IMG/VR virus record: IMGVR_UViG_3300028840_003687
Origin: a virus
Length of the DNA stretch: 64,000 nucleotides
Reading direction: 5' to 3' (one strand)
Shown here: positions 26,961-37,257 of the stretch, piece after piece
Layout: each line of letters begins with the position of its first letter
How positions within the stretch are numbered: the stretch's first letter is position 1
Program-made: the position numbers and the translations under genes
Notes under the pieces: model-generated
Database searches by the model: none
Told to the model about the DNA's origin: nothing
Seen by the model: only the letters and a program-made list of their open reading frames with translations

Positions 26961-27279
26961 CGAGTCTCCGTTCCTCTTCTCGGGCCTTCGCCGTCAGCTC
27001 ACGCTGCGCGGTCAAGGTCTCCTGGTATTTCTCTGCGCTCGCCCGCCATCGCTCCTGGGCCTCGCGCGATACCTCCAGGCTAGCCTGAGTCGTCTTGTGT
27101 GCCAATTCCCCCGCAGCTCGAGCTGCCTCGCTCTGGGCAAGCTGCTCGACCGTCCGCTCGTGCATTCTGACGGCGAACCAGATGCCGGCAACTACGGCCG
27201 CAAGCACCAGGCCCAGAACGAGCTTCTTCCAGTGCTTCGCGGCGAAGAGGGCGAGCTGAGGCGGGATGAAGAGGGTCAT
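26662..27279 (-). CDS. i-spanin (Rz-like): N-terminal TM + periplasmic coiled-coil
   Basis: Start at MTLFIPPQLALFAAKHWKKLVLGLVLAAVVAGIWFAV (TM) then a coiled-coil; ATGA overlap with the holin stop. Confidence 0.5.
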   Translation of the reverse strand: MTLFIPPQLALFAAKHWKKLVLGLVLAAVVAGIWFAVRMHERTVEQLAQSEAARAAGELAHKTTQASLEVSREAQERWRASAEKYQETLTAQRELTAKAREEERRLDERLRELNLDAETRADPADMERRLNRATARVIRLLNCHSTLAGCGDGDRGAAGPDSGDSSAGSPPAGTVRMDSVRARVLAGSGGGVLLPGSVPVRDPRA

Positions 27280-27536
27280 CGCTTGTCGTTCCAGACGGCG
27301 CCGAAGACGTAGCTGCCTGTGATGGCCGTCATCGTGCCGAACGCGCTCGCCACCGCCGTCTGCATCACCTGTGTGTCCGAGTCCTTCCAGAGAGCCCAGG
27401 AGATGCAGGCCATGCAGAAGGCCACGATCGAGAACATCAGGCGGCGGCGCTTCTCCCACGCGCGGCCGCCGGCGTTCCGGTTCGTGGACGGATCTTCGTC
27501 GGGGATCAGCTCGACAGAGGGTAGAGGCGCGGCCAT
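27276..27536 (-). CDS. putative holin (two TM helices)
   Basis: 86 aa, TM1 LMFSIVAFCMACISWALW, TM2 AVASAFGTMTAITGSYVFGAVW, charged C-terminus; immediately upstream of the spanins. Confidence 0.4.
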   Translation of the reverse strand: MAAPLPSVELIPDEDPSTNRNAGGRAWEKRRRLMFSIVAFCMACISWALWKDSDTQVMQTAVASAFGTMTAITGSYVFGAVWNDKR

Positions 27537-27591
27537 GGGTGAATCATAGCCCAGAGGGGTAGAGGAATCAGCCCGTGGTGAATTCGCCGCG

Positions 27592-28863
27592 CTAGACGCT
27601 GTGCCCGATCAAGAAGCAGACCAGCCGAGCGAACGTGACGTCCAGGTCACCGCCGCTGTTCTGCTGAACCTGCAGCTTCACGGTGTCACCATTCGTCAGA
27701 TCGAACAGGCCCGAAGTGGTACAGACCGTCGTGCCGGTACCGCAGGCATCCTTGCGGTCGCGCGCGATCACCTGCGTGCTGCCGGTGCCGGAATCCTTGA
27801 AGACTCGGATGTCGCGCTGGCCCGTGGCGTTCGCTTCCCAGGTGACGTTGGCCATGAACATCCAGGTACCGTCGAAGTGCGTTCCGTCGGAGGGGATCTG
27901 GAACTGGATGTTGTTCGTGCCGGCCTGGAAATCGGTCGAGGCGTTGTAGGACTCAGGCTCGAACCGCTCCGCAACTGCAGCCGTGTTCGAGGTCGGGAGC
28001 GTATCGAACTCGATGTCGGCCCAGGTGTTTTCCGCCGCGCTCGTGATCGTCTGATCGGCGTCAGCCTTCACGATAAAGCAACGCGCCTGCTCCTTCAGCA
28101 GGAGCTGTCCGAACTGGTTGAAGATGGCTGCGGTTACCGCGCTACCGCTTCCCTCGCCACCGTCCTTTTGGGACGCCCAGCCGAAGTTCGAAGCGATGCC
28201 TCGGTGGAAGAACCCAGCATCTTCATCAACGCCTTCCTTGCTTCGAAGTCGGATAGATGGAAAGGCTCCACCAACAAGCGTGTCCGACGCATCCGCTTTC
28301 TCGTGGATGCGGTTGATCATGTCCGCGCCGTTCAGCGACTCGCTGGTCGAGAGATTGTCGACGAAGCTGCTGATCGTGCCAGTGCCGTCCACGTAGGAGA
28401 ACTGCGCGAGGTCGAAGAACGAATCGGAGGCCGTCAGCGAGAGCGCCATCAGGCCCGTCTGGTCCGTGTTCAGGTAGACCGTCTGCGTTCCGGTGACCAG
28501 CGCGTCCAGGGTGGTCTTGTTGAACGTCGTAGCAGACAGGTTGATGCGCTGTCCGCCCGCGTAGATCTTGCCCGCGGTGACGTCGACCTCGGCCGAACCG
28601 CCAGAGGTGAAGGTGATCCGCGCGTCCGACGGATCGACTCGACCTGCCGTCTGCCCCGTGCGCAGGAGCATGTCGGTGGGGATCGTCGCATCGAGCGCGC
28701 GAACCGACGCCAGCTCATCGACCATCTGGTTGACGGTGGTGCGGATCAGCGTGAAGTTCGTGTCGAGATCCTGCGGATAGTTCGTGTAGGTCGCCGCCGA
28801 CGTACCCTGCCCATCAACGAAGCTGAGCAGGTAGCCGGTGGAAGTTTCGAGCTTGCTGGCCAT
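27592..28863 (-). CDS. tail fibre / receptor-binding-type structural protein
   Basis: 423 aa, Thr/Ser/Gly-rich, last gene of the tail module. Confidence 0.5.
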   Translation of the reverse strand: MASKLETSTGYLLSFVDGQGTSAATYTNYPQDLDTNFTLIRTTVNQMVDELASVRALDATIPTDMLLRTGQTAGRVDPSDARITFTSGGSAEVDVTAGKIYAGGQRINLSATTFNKTTLDALVTGTQTVYLNTDQTGLMALSLTASDSFFDLAQFSYVDGTGTISSFVDNLSTSESLNGADMINRIHEKADASDTLVGGAFPSIRLRSKEGVDEDAGFFHRGIASNFGWASQKDGGEGSGSAVTAAIFNQFGQLLLKEQARCFIVKADADQTITSAAENTWADIEFDTLPTSNTAAVAERFEPESYNASTDFQAGTNNIQFQIPSDGTHFDGTWMFMANVTWEANATGQRDIRVFKDSGTGSTQVIARDRKDACGTGTTVCTTSGLFDLTNGDTVKLQVQQNSGGDLDVTFARLVCFLIGHSV

Positions 28864-29339
28864 TAGAGAATCACCTCATTTCCACTCGCGTCGAGTGCGA
28901 CGCTATTTCCGAATCCGGCGACGCCCCATGCGCCGTTATCCGCGTAGTACGTGAAGACCCGCCGGCCGAAGCCGAAGCCCTCATCCGTCGAAGCGGTCGC
29001 CGTGTCCGTGCTCTCGTCGAGCAGCTGAACCTGACCCGTTCCGCGGATCCTATCAGACGGCCCGATCACGATCCACCGACCGCCGGCGTTCCGCTGGATC
29101 TCTACCGCCTTCCCCTGCTGGGCGAACTCCCGGGCACCCTGTCCCGTCGAAGACTTCACGACGACATTCTGGATCACCCGGTTCGCGCCGATGTCCACAT
29201 CGACCACGAAGACGGTACTGGTGAGCCCAGAGGTGTCGAAGTCGACCACGCGGACGTCGGTCAGCACCGTCCCGCGGCGCAGCTCCTGCCGCGCGCGGAT
29301 GTCTCGGCTAATCAGCCTCTGCGTGGTGGACTGGGTCAC
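28863..29339 (-). CDS. tail/baseplate structural protein
   Basis: 158-aa ORF within the tail module, start/stop overlaps. Confidence 0.4.
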   Translation of the reverse strand: MTQSTTQRLISRDIRARQELRRGTVLTDVRVVDFDTSGLTSTVFVVDVDIGANRVIQNVVVKSSTGQGAREFAQQGKAVEIQRNAGGRWIVIGPSDRIRGTGQVQLLDESTDTATASTDEGFGFGRRVFTYYADNGAWGVAGFGNSVALDASGNEVIL

Positions 29340-30976
29340 GGGTTCACTCCAGACGTGGTCTCGTAGACCTGGAGCGTAGCAGTCTGCGGCTCCTCACCTC
29401 GCTTGATCGACCGGGTGACCTGCGTGACGATGAAGTCGCGCGAGGCGTCGGAGATCCGGAAGCGGTCCCCGGGCTCGAGGCGAAGGTCGTGCTTCATCAC
29501 GCAGGACCAGCTGTTCCCGCGCTTTCGGGCGGTCCGCAGCTCGCGCAGGGCGATCGAGTCCGCCAGCGTCTGGGTGTCCACCAGGTGGTTCTCGACCGTG
29601 ATCCCGACGATGTCGATGAACGGCAGGTCGCCCACGCGGGCGACACCGCGGATCTCCTTGAAGACGTACTCGTAGGGCGTCCCGACGATCTCGTACTGCC
29701 CGCGGCCGATGGTTGCCTGGATCGTCGAGACCGCGAGCGCCGTCGTGCCCTCGACCAGGCGTCCGATCGGGATCGTGTTCCCGCCTCCGATGCCAGCCCA
29801 GGCGTCCGGGATGAAGCTGGTCGAGATGATCGCGGCGTAGAGTACCGTCACGAGAGGCGCGTAGAACGCCCCCTCGATCTCGATCTCGCCGTAGCGGGAG
29901 CCTCCGTCGTTGTCGGTCGAGAAGCTGAAGCTCTCGGCACCGAACGGGATGAGCGCGCCCGTGACCGACTGGAGCACGTTCAGGCTGGGGTTGTCCGCCT
30001 GCTGCGTCCGATCGTCCGACCACTGGACCGGGATCGTCTCGTCACCACCGAAGAAGCCCAGGGTGACGCTGGCCGTAGCGAGCTGCTGCAGCGGCTGCTC
30101 GATCTTGCTCATGTCCGCTTCGAGGCCGATGACCGAGACCTCGTTCGTGATCTCCAGTGGAGAGAACGGGCGGGTGAACTGCTCGAACAGATCCTGGTTC
30201 GCGTAGATGACGTCGTAGCCCTTGGTCGAGAAGTTCGGGTACATCTCCAGCACCCCATCTCCCCGGAACCTGGGCATGAACCCGTCGATGAAGCCCAGCT
30301 TCGCGAGCGCGACCATCGGGCTCTCGTCCACGATCTGGGTGGACGCCTGGGTCGTCAGCTTCGTTCCCACGCTGAGGCCGATGTCGAACTCCGACGCCTG
30401 CATCCCGACGTCGTCTTCGAGGATGGAGGTCATGATCGTGTTCAGCGGCGTCCCTTGGTCGAAGCTCTGGCTGGTGATCGTCTTCTTCAACTGCGCCGCC
30501 ATGCGGTCTTCGGCGGCGACCTGCAGGATCGCGTTGCCCGCGCGGTCCCGAGCGCTCGCAGCGGCGCGACCGACGATCGTTCCGGTGAAGGTGGTGACCC
30601 AGTTCGCTTCCGCCAGATCCTCGTCGCCCTCGATGAAGACGACGCCGTTGCCTTGCTTCAGCCAGTTCGACTCCGACCCACCGTACGGGTCGTAGACGAG
30701 CCCGCGATCGGCCACGGCGAAGGACAGGCTGTTGCCTGCGATCGTGCCGTTGGCGAAGTCGCTGCCGCGCTCCGTGAAATCGACCTGGATGACGAAGTCC
30801 GTCAGGTCCAACGGCCCAACCGCCGAATCCAAAGTCTCACCTTGAACCAGCCGACTGATGGTGTCGGGGGTGGTGTTGCCGCGGGTCGCGTTGAAGTCGT
30901 AGACGTACAGCTTCCAGGCGCGCCGTCGCCCCAGGTTCAGCTGGATTCCTTCGAGGTCTACCGAGAGTGAACGCAT
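29336..30976 (-). CDS. tail-tip/baseplate structural protein
   Basis: 546-aa ORF; position in the tail module. Confidence 0.5.
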   Translation of the reverse strand: MRSLSVDLEGIQLNLGRRRAWKLYVYDFNATRGNTTPDTISRLVQGETLDSAVGPLDLTDFVIQVDFTERGSDFANGTIAGNSLSFAVADRGLVYDPYGGSESNWLKQGNGVVFIEGDEDLAEANWVTTFTGTIVGRAAASARDRAGNAILQVAAEDRMAAQLKKTITSQSFDQGTPLNTIMTSILEDDVGMQASEFDIGLSVGTKLTTQASTQIVDESPMVALAKLGFIDGFMPRFRGDGVLEMYPNFSTKGYDVIYANQDLFEQFTRPFSPLEITNEVSVIGLEADMSKIEQPLQQLATASVTLGFFGGDETIPVQWSDDRTQQADNPSLNVLQSVTGALIPFGAESFSFSTDNDGGSRYGEIEIEGAFYAPLVTVLYAAIISTSFIPDAWAGIGGGNTIPIGRLVEGTTALAVSTIQATIGRGQYEIVGTPYEYVFKEIRGVARVGDLPFIDIVGITVENHLVDTQTLADSIALRELRTARKRGNSWSCVMKHDLRLEPGDRFRISDASRDFIVTQVTRSIKRGEEPQTATLQVYETTSGVNP

Positions 30977-30977
30977 A

Positions 30978-31568
30978 TCAGACCTCGCTGACGATCTTGA
31001 AGTCCCACTCCACGACTCGATCGATGAGCCCAGTGGTGACAGCGTCCAGCGTGCCGGCAGCGAAGGATCCGATTTCCTTCACGTCGAGCTTGCCGGTCGA
31101 ACCCCCGACGCGGAGATCGAGCAGGACGATGTTGTAGACCGTGGTCGTCTTGTCGACGGGCGCCCACTGGATGAAGACCTCGGGATCGGCCGCGGCTGGC
31201 GGGTTCGCGATCAGCTCGAACATCCGCCGGAACTGGGCTGCGACCATCGAAGCCTTGCCTCCGTTCGCCTCCCAGCGTTCGGTGACGATCACGTCGTCGA
31301 TGCTGTTGGCGTTCACGAACGTCTGCGTCGTCCCCAGCGTCCGCACCGTTTCCGTGGTGGGCACGTTCAGCGGCTGCTGGTCGAAGTTGATCGTCCGGTC
31401 CGGGTTCCGGTTATAGGTGACCAGCGGGAAGCTGGCCGTGGTCGGGTGCGACATCGTGCGAAGCGCCGCCGACGTCAGCGACGAGGCAGGGTCGACGAGC
31501 GTGATCGTGGACGTGACCTCGGCGGCCTCCCCAGCCAGGATCTCAAGCGTGGTTTCTTCGGTGGGCAT
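30978..31568 (-). CDS. tail structural protein
   Basis: 196-aa ORF. Confidence 0.45.
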   Translation of the reverse strand: MPTEETTLEILAGEAAEVTSTITLVDPASSLTSAALRTMSHPTTASFPLVTYNRNPDRTINFDQQPLNVPTTETVRTLGTTQTFVNANSIDDVIVTERWEANGGKASMVAAQFRRMFELIANPPAAADPEVFIQWAPVDKTTTVYNIVLLDLRVGGSTGKLDVKEIGSFAAGTLDAVTTGLIDRVVEWDFKIVSEV

Positions 31569-31569
31569 A

Positions 31570-32733
31570 TCAGATTTCCGAGTTGGTGGGTAGGACCAGC
31601 CGAATCACCGGATCCGACGAGAGAGAAGAGGGAGAGCTGTAGATCGCGGTCACCTGACCGTTGGCATCCGTCCGACCGCTCGTGTCCGACGTCAGCGTCC
31701 CAGGACCGGACTGTAGCTCCATGTAGCAGTTGAGCCCAGGGACCGGATTCCCGTTGTCGTCGGTGACCGTGCCCGTCATCTTGACCCCGCCGTCGAGGTA
31801 GACGAAGCGGTCCTGCGTGAGCGTCAGGTTGTAGTTGGGCTCGCTGATGTTCCAGTGCATGATGAACCCGCCGATGAACGGGTCCGGGTCCGCCGAGGCA
31901 TCCTGCGTCGTCGCGTCGTCCACGTAGTAGAGCAGCGCGAACGCGCAGTTGCCCGCCGCTGCGCCGGCCGGAACGGTTCGCCGAAGCCAAATCGGAATGC
32001 AGTCCTCGTCGTCCACCGTGCCCGAGCCGTTGACGGGGACGGCAGAGGCCTGGTTGTACCGGATCTCGAGTGCCTCGGCGCCGCCCCAGGACGTGTTGCT
32101 GCTGCCGATCCCCACGACCCGACCGTAGATCCCGAACGGACTGGTTCGATCGTCCGCGATCGTAGGCTCTTCGGCGATCGTTGCGGCAGTGGCCGTGCCG
32201 CTGGCCATTAACTCGATGTCGCATCCGCCGCTCTGAATTGGCACCACGTAGAAGCGGAAGTTATTCTCGGACCCCGCGTTCGTCTTGCGGAAGTAGAGCA
32301 TCCGGTAGTCCTGGAAGCCCGAGTTGATGTCGTCGATGTCCGTGACGTTCGCGAAGACCGATCCGGCCTTGCTAGTGCGAACACGATCCGGACTGTCAGG
32401 CAGCGCGGACATCGGGCGGTCGATGGTCGCCGTGTTCCCGACGTAGTCCACCGCCGTGATCCGCCCATACGAACCAGCGGCTGCGCCTGTCAGCACCCAC
32501 AGCCAGTCTCCGACTTCGGGGTCAACGCCCCCGCCCCCGTCGTCGATCTGCGTGTCATCGACAGTCACGAGATCGGGGCTGGGCCCGTCCAGCGTCGCCT
32601 GTCGATAGGGCTCGCTCGCAGAGGTTCCCGTTCCAGCGAACCCGCCGAGCGAAAGCGTAGGGTCGCCCTGGGCGGTATTTGCGGTGGTCGCCCCAGAGTA
32701 GATGAACCGTGAGCTGGTTCCAGTGAGCGCCAT
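31570..32733 (-). CDS. tail structural protein with C-terminal Ig-like segment
   Basis: 387 aa; C-terminal NGNPVPGL...GQVTAIYSSP resembles Big/Ig-like repeats. Confidence 0.5.
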   Translation of the reverse strand: MALTGTSSRFIYSGATTANTAQGDPTLSLGGFAGTGTSASEPYRQATLDGPSPDLVTVDDTQIDDGGGGVDPEVGDWLWVLTGAAAGSYGRITAVDYVGNTATIDRPMSALPDSPDRVRTSKAGSVFANVTDIDDINSGFQDYRMLYFRKTNAGSENNFRFYVVPIQSGGCDIELMASGTATAATIAEEPTIADDRTSPFGIYGRVVGIGSSNTSWGGAEALEIRYNQASAVPVNGSGTVDDEDCIPIWLRRTVPAGAAAGNCAFALLYYVDDATTQDASADPDPFIGGFIMHWNISEPNYNLTLTQDRFVYLDGGVKMTGTVTDDNGNPVPGLNCYMELQSGPGTLTSDTSGRTDANGQVTAIYSSPSSLSSDPVIRLVLPTNSEI

Positions 32734-34544
32734 CAGGCAGTTGCCTCAAGGACGTCCAGCTCCCCGTCGACGTTGTCGCCGTACTCGACGAACGCGAACG
32801 CGTTGCCATCCCCGTCCGTCGTCGATCCGGTGGTGAGCAGGGTGCCATGAGCGGGCGTCAGCTTCACGTTCCGGTGTCGATAGCGCACATAGATCGTGTC
32901 GCTGGGCCAGGAGCCCACAGGGGTCAGGACGCCGGTGCCGTAGTTGACCGTGTAGTCGGTCGTCTCGACCAGCAGCGTGCCTCCGTTGTCGACGTCATCG
33001 CCCTCGTAGACAGCCAGCGTGTTGTCGTCGTCGATCTCGTCTGCTTCGACCGTGTACGTGCCCGCTCCGGTCGCCGTCCCGTCGAAGGACTCCGCCCGCG
33101 TCGAGTAGCGGCTGAGCGTGAAGCTCACCTCAGCACCGGAAGCGCGCTGTCCGAGATCGGTGTACGCGATCGTGCGAAGCTGGATGGTCGTGTTCTCGGC
33201 CGGCGCGGCGTCCGGCGTGGGCTGAGTGATCCGATTGACGACGAACGATCGGCGCCATCGGATGATTCGCGAGTCAAGCAGATCGGGCGCGTCGGCGGAG
33301 TCATCGTTCACAACTTCCGGGTGGCTCGTCCAGGTGAAGAAGCTGCGCGTCGGCGGGTGGTAGTGGACGCTGAGGGCACGCTCGTCCTGGGCGTTGCCGC
33401 TGTTGTCCGCGTTGTGCCCTCCGTTCATGATCGGCTCCTGGGGCTGATCGACGAGGCCCAGGAAGGTTCGGCGGTTGTGGACGCGAACCGGTCCGGTTGT
33501 CAGCTCGAACGGGTTGAAGTCATGGATCGCGACGTACTGGCGGGTCGCCAGAGACGTGAACGAGCCGGCCGGGTCATCGATCGTCGCTCCGATCTTCTCT
33601 CGAGCCGCCGCGTTCGAAGTGCTCAGCACCAGCTCGCCCTTGGGCTTGGCCCAGGTGGAGTCCGGGTCGGGGACGAACTGGACGTGGCCCCAGAAGAAGG
33701 TCTCGCCATCGAGGGTGGGCTCCGCGAACGTGTTGCTGTTCGTCGAGTTCACGTTGGTCGGGAGGCCCAGGACTCCGACGCACTCGCCGGTGTCCAGGTC
33801 GATCCAGCACCATCGGCGTCCGGTGTTCGTGCCGCCATCGAAGTTCGCACGCTCGACCGTCTGCAGAGCGAGTCCTTCCGGATGACTCGTGATGCCCCGG
33901 AGCATGCCAGCGGACGCGCTCGTCTCGCCGGTGTAGTCGGACGTGTCCGTCATCCCCTCGAAGATGATGACCGTGGTCGGCCGTTCTTCCGGGTTCGTGT
34001 CGTCGGCCTCCCAGTAGCCTTCGGTGCCGGTCGTGCCGTTCGAGCTGGTGATGAAGTCGTCGGGCAGGTTAGGCCAGAGGCTCGTGGCCCCAGGATCGCC
34101 GGTGAGCGCGTCGATCTCGTAGTGGCCGGACGCGGTGACGTTCGTGTTGTAGCAGTAGACCTTCTGCTGGCCTGTCGAGAGGTTCGGCTGCCCCATCTTC
34201 AGGCGGCGCTGGGTACCGCCGTACGTGTTCTGGATCTCTCGCCACCAGCCCGTGCTGGGGTTCAGGCAGAGCGCGTCGCGCGAATGCGTGTTGATGCGCA
34301 GCGCGTCCGCACCGAGCGTGTCCTCTTTCGTGATGAGGCAGTGGAAGATCAGCTCGTCGCGGATGTGGTGATAGACGGCGTAGTTATGCGCACCGTTGAA
34401 CGTCCGTCCATCGCCGATGCCCATGTTCCAGCCCGTCGACGTCGTGTTGCCGCCAGTTGGCGCGTCGCGCGCGATCACCTCGGTGACGTAGGAGTCCACG
34501 AACGACTTGAGGTCGCGGATCTCGACGATCTCCAGTCCAGCCAT
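32733..34544 (-). CDS. distal-tail/tail-tip protein
   Basis: 603-aa ORF two genes downstream of the tape measure. Confidence 0.5.
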   Translation of the reverse strand: MAGLEIVEIRDLKSFVDSYVTEVIARDAPTGGNTTSTGWNMGIGDGRTFNGAHNYAVYHHIRDELIFHCLITKEDTLGADALRINTHSRDALCLNPSTGWWREIQNTYGGTQRRLKMGQPNLSTGQQKVYCYNTNVTASGHYEIDALTGDPGATSLWPNLPDDFITSSNGTTGTEGYWEADDTNPEERPTTVIIFEGMTDTSDYTGETSASAGMLRGITSHPEGLALQTVERANFDGGTNTGRRWCWIDLDTGECVGVLGLPTNVNSTNSNTFAEPTLDGETFFWGHVQFVPDPDSTWAKPKGELVLSTSNAAAREKIGATIDDPAGSFTSLATRQYVAIHDFNPFELTTGPVRVHNRRTFLGLVDQPQEPIMNGGHNADNSGNAQDERALSVHYHPPTRSFFTWTSHPEVVNDDSADAPDLLDSRIIRWRRSFVVNRITQPTPDAAPAENTTIQLRTIAYTDLGQRASGAEVSFTLSRYSTRAESFDGTATGAGTYTVEADEIDDDNTLAVYEGDDVDNGGTLLVETTDYTVNYGTGVLTPVGSWPSDTIYVRYRHRNVKLTPAHGTLLTTGSTTDGDGNAFAFVEYGDNVDGELDVLEATA

Positions 34545-34798
34545 CAGCTCTCTCCCTTGTCGAGCAGCTTCGTGTCGGGCCCGAGCCCGAGCTTCTCCAT
34601 CGCATCGAACGCGTTCGCGAAGACCGGGTTGGCCTTCTTCATCGCGTCGATGCCGTTCTTGATCGCCTCTTCGGGCGTGATCGCCAGGGCCTCTTCCTGC
34701 CGCTGGGCGATCCTCTCGTTGACGTCAGCGGTGCGCTTGAGTTCGAGGCGAATGCCTCGCAGTTCCTGGATCAGCTCGCATGCGAGATCGGCGTCCAT
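34544..34798 (-). CDS. small hypothetical protein
   Basis: 84-aa helical ORF between the TMP and the tail-tip gene. Confidence 0.4.
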   Translation of the reverse strand: MDADLACELIQELRGIRLELKRTADVNERIAQRQEEALAITPEEAIKNGIDAMKKANPVFANAFDAMEKLGLGPDTKLLDKGES

Positions 34799-34810
34799 AG
34801 TGTCTCCGTA

Positions 34811-36787
34811 TTAGATGGCCGCGGCCGGTGCGCTGCCGAATGCCAGCGAGGCCGTGTCCGTGGTATCGCCGCCGGACGAGCCGATGCCCGCCCGCGTGGC
34901 GTCAAGGATGCCCGAAAGGATTCCGGTCTGCACGCGCGTCTCCTCGAGCAGCGGGTCGATCGCCTCGGCGATGTTCCGCCCGACGTTCGCGATCGCGATC
35001 TCCGTGGGCCCCGCGACGATGCCGCGCACGGCCTGCGTGCTCGTGACGGCCGACTCGACGTTCGCCGAGGAGCTGGTCGCCTGGTTCCCGCCTCCGCCGA
35101 GGAGCGCGGTGAGTCCCTGCAGGGCAACGAACTGGAGCGCGCCCGAGAGCGCCTGGCCGAGCGGGCCGGCGGCTTCGCCGAAGACGGAGCTGAGCGCGGG
35201 CCCGAGCGCCTCCGCTGCGGAGTTGAACGCCTCCTCCAAGATCCCCTGGGCCTGATCGATCGACGTCTGGAAGCCCTTCAGGAGCGCGTCCGTCGACGCC
35301 TGCTCGAGAGAGCTGCGCAGGGTGCCCAGGAAGTCGCCGCCTTCGAGACCGGCGCGCAGCCCTTCTTGGAAGCTCAGCGAGATGCTCTCGGAGAGATCCT
35401 GGGGGATGTCCGTGGCTTCGAAGCCGGCATCCTGCTGGATTCGGCTCGTGTTCCGCGCGGCACGCTCGAAGAAGTCGGGTCCGGCTGCGTCCTCGCGGTC
35501 CGCCCGCGGTGCAGTCAGAGCGCCCTCCAGGCTGTCGGCAAGGTCCAGGAGGCCCTGCTGGAACGGCGTCAGAGCGGCCTCCGCCTGCGCCACGCCCTCC
35601 TCGACCCCGAAGCCCAGGGCGGCGCCCACGTCGCCCAGGTTCCGGCGAGTCTCCTCCGCGGCGGCTTCCAGGAACGCCTGCGACTCCCGCACGCGCGCGG
35701 CCTGCGCGGCGGCCTCCTCGTCGCTGAAGATGCCCCCGCGGAGCCCGACGGCGCGTCCGAGGCGCGTCAGTCCGTTGGCGAACCGCGCGAGTCCGTTGCG
35801 AGCGGTCGCGAAACCCGTGATGATGCTGTTCACGGCCAGGTTCACGATGTCCTTGAAGAGGCCGAAGAGGTCCGCGAGCACGCGCACGGCGGTGGTGACC
35901 CGCGAGATGCCCGCGCGGACCGCCTCGAACGTGCTGGAGAGGCCGACAGCCGCCCGCAGCCCGTTGGCGAGCCCCGCGACCAGCCGCTCTGCCAGCCCAT
36001 CTGCGAAGTCGAAAATGGCCTTCGTCAGTGTTTGCGTTACGGGCGTCGCGCGCTGGAGGATCGAGAAGAAGCGGATGATCTCGTTCCGCACGGCGTTGAA
36101 CGCCTGGGCGAAGGTGAAGACCACCTCGCCGTTCCGCAGGCGCTCCGTGAACGACGCGACGGCGCGCTCCAACGCCGGAAACACCGTCTCCGCGTTCAGC
36201 TTGCCCTGCCGACCCAGCTCCTTCAGGTTGCCGATGCCGGTTCCCAGCTCGTCCGCGAGAGCCTGGGCGAGGGGCGGCAGGTTCTCTCGGAGGGACCGGA
36301 GTTCCTCACCGGACAGGTTGTCGGAGGCGAGACCCTGACCGAGCTGCAGGAGCGCCGCGCTGGCCTCTCGAGCCGTCGAACCAGACACGAGGAGCGAGGC
36401 GTTCAGGCCTTCGACGACGTTGACCAGGCGCTCGGTGCCGACGCCCAGGTCGCGAGTACCGACGGAGAGGCGCTGGAATAGGCGCGAGCTGTCGGCGATC
36501 GATTGACCGGTGCGGTTCGAGACCTCGAACAGGCGCTGCTGGACGGAGGCGAAGACCTCGGTCGAGTTCGTCACCGTGCGGATCCGGTTGCCTACCTCGG
36601 TGGCCGCATCGCTCACGCGGAGGATGGACCCCACCGTTGCCGCACCGAAGGCGGCCGTCAGCGCGATACCCAGGCCGCGGACTGCCGTAGTCGCTAGGCG
36701 ACTCGAACGGCCGATGCTCTGAATACCGCGCGTGGCCCGAACGGTGCCGCGGGTCGTGACGACGATGTTGACATTCTCGGTGACCAT
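34811..36787 (-). CDS. tail tape measure protein
   Basis: 658 aa, Ala/Gly/Leu-rich helical sequence with an LxxLxxG...GNLKELG... core typical of TMPs; preceded by the chaperone pair. Confidence 0.65.
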   Translation of the reverse strand: MVTENVNIVVTTRGTVRATRGIQSIGRSSRLATTAVRGLGIALTAAFGAATVGSILRVSDAATEVGNRIRTVTNSTEVFASVQQRLFEVSNRTGQSIADSSRLFQRLSVGTRDLGVGTERLVNVVEGLNASLLVSGSTAREASAALLQLGQGLASDNLSGEELRSLRENLPPLAQALADELGTGIGNLKELGRQGKLNAETVFPALERAVASFTERLRNGEVVFTFAQAFNAVRNEIIRFFSILQRATPVTQTLTKAIFDFADGLAERLVAGLANGLRAAVGLSSTFEAVRAGISRVTTAVRVLADLFGLFKDIVNLAVNSIITGFATARNGLARFANGLTRLGRAVGLRGGIFSDEEAAAQAARVRESQAFLEAAAEETRRNLGDVGAALGFGVEEGVAQAEAALTPFQQGLLDLADSLEGALTAPRADREDAAGPDFFERAARNTSRIQQDAGFEATDIPQDLSESISLSFQEGLRAGLEGGDFLGTLRSSLEQASTDALLKGFQTSIDQAQGILEEAFNSAAEALGPALSSVFGEAAGPLGQALSGALQFVALQGLTALLGGGGNQATSSSANVESAVTSTQAVRGIVAGPTEIAIANVGRNIAEAIDPLLEETRVQTGILSGILDATRAGIGSSGGDTTDTASLAFGSAPAAAI

Positions 36788-37257
36788 CAGCGATTCCTTG
36801 CACGGAAGTTCGAGACTGCGATTTCGACACCGTCGCGGGCACCCGCCGCGATCTCACGGGAGACAAACCCAGCTGCCGCCTGCGGCGAATAGCCCCGGTT
36901 CAGCAGCTCAATGTACGGGGCGTTATTCGTGATGTAGAACACGTCTCCGACTCGAATCTGGGCCGCCAGGGCACGAATCCGGGCAGGAGCTGCCACGGCC
37001 TGCGGATCCAGAGTCGACGTGGGCAGAATCGGGGGAGCGTTCAGCCCAGGTACCCAGTTGCCGCGAGCGAATCCCGTGTCGACCGGCGTCGCAGGCACCA
37101 GCCGATCGCCTACGTTGACCGCGACCTCGCGCTGAATGTCCGCGACGAAGTCACCCAGCCTCTTCGAGACTCGGCGCAGTCGACGGTCCAGTCTGTTCAG
37201 GTTCGTCCGGATCAACGAAGTTCTCTCGGTGGTCTGCGTACGAGACCAAGGTAGCAA
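36787..37257 (-). CDS. HK97 gp10-like tail-completion protein
   Basis: PVDTGFARGNW and NNAPYIELLNRG match the TGxLRxS / NxxPYAxxVExG blocks of the HK97 gp10 family. Confidence 0.5.
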   Translation of the reverse strand: MLPWSRTQTTERTSLIRTNLNRLDRRLRRVSKRLGDFVADIQREVAVNVGDRLVPATPVDTGFARGNWVPGLNAPPILPTSTLDPQAVAAPARIRALAAQIRVGDVFYITNNAPYIELLNRGYSPQAAAGFVSREIAAGARDGVEIAVSNFRARNR

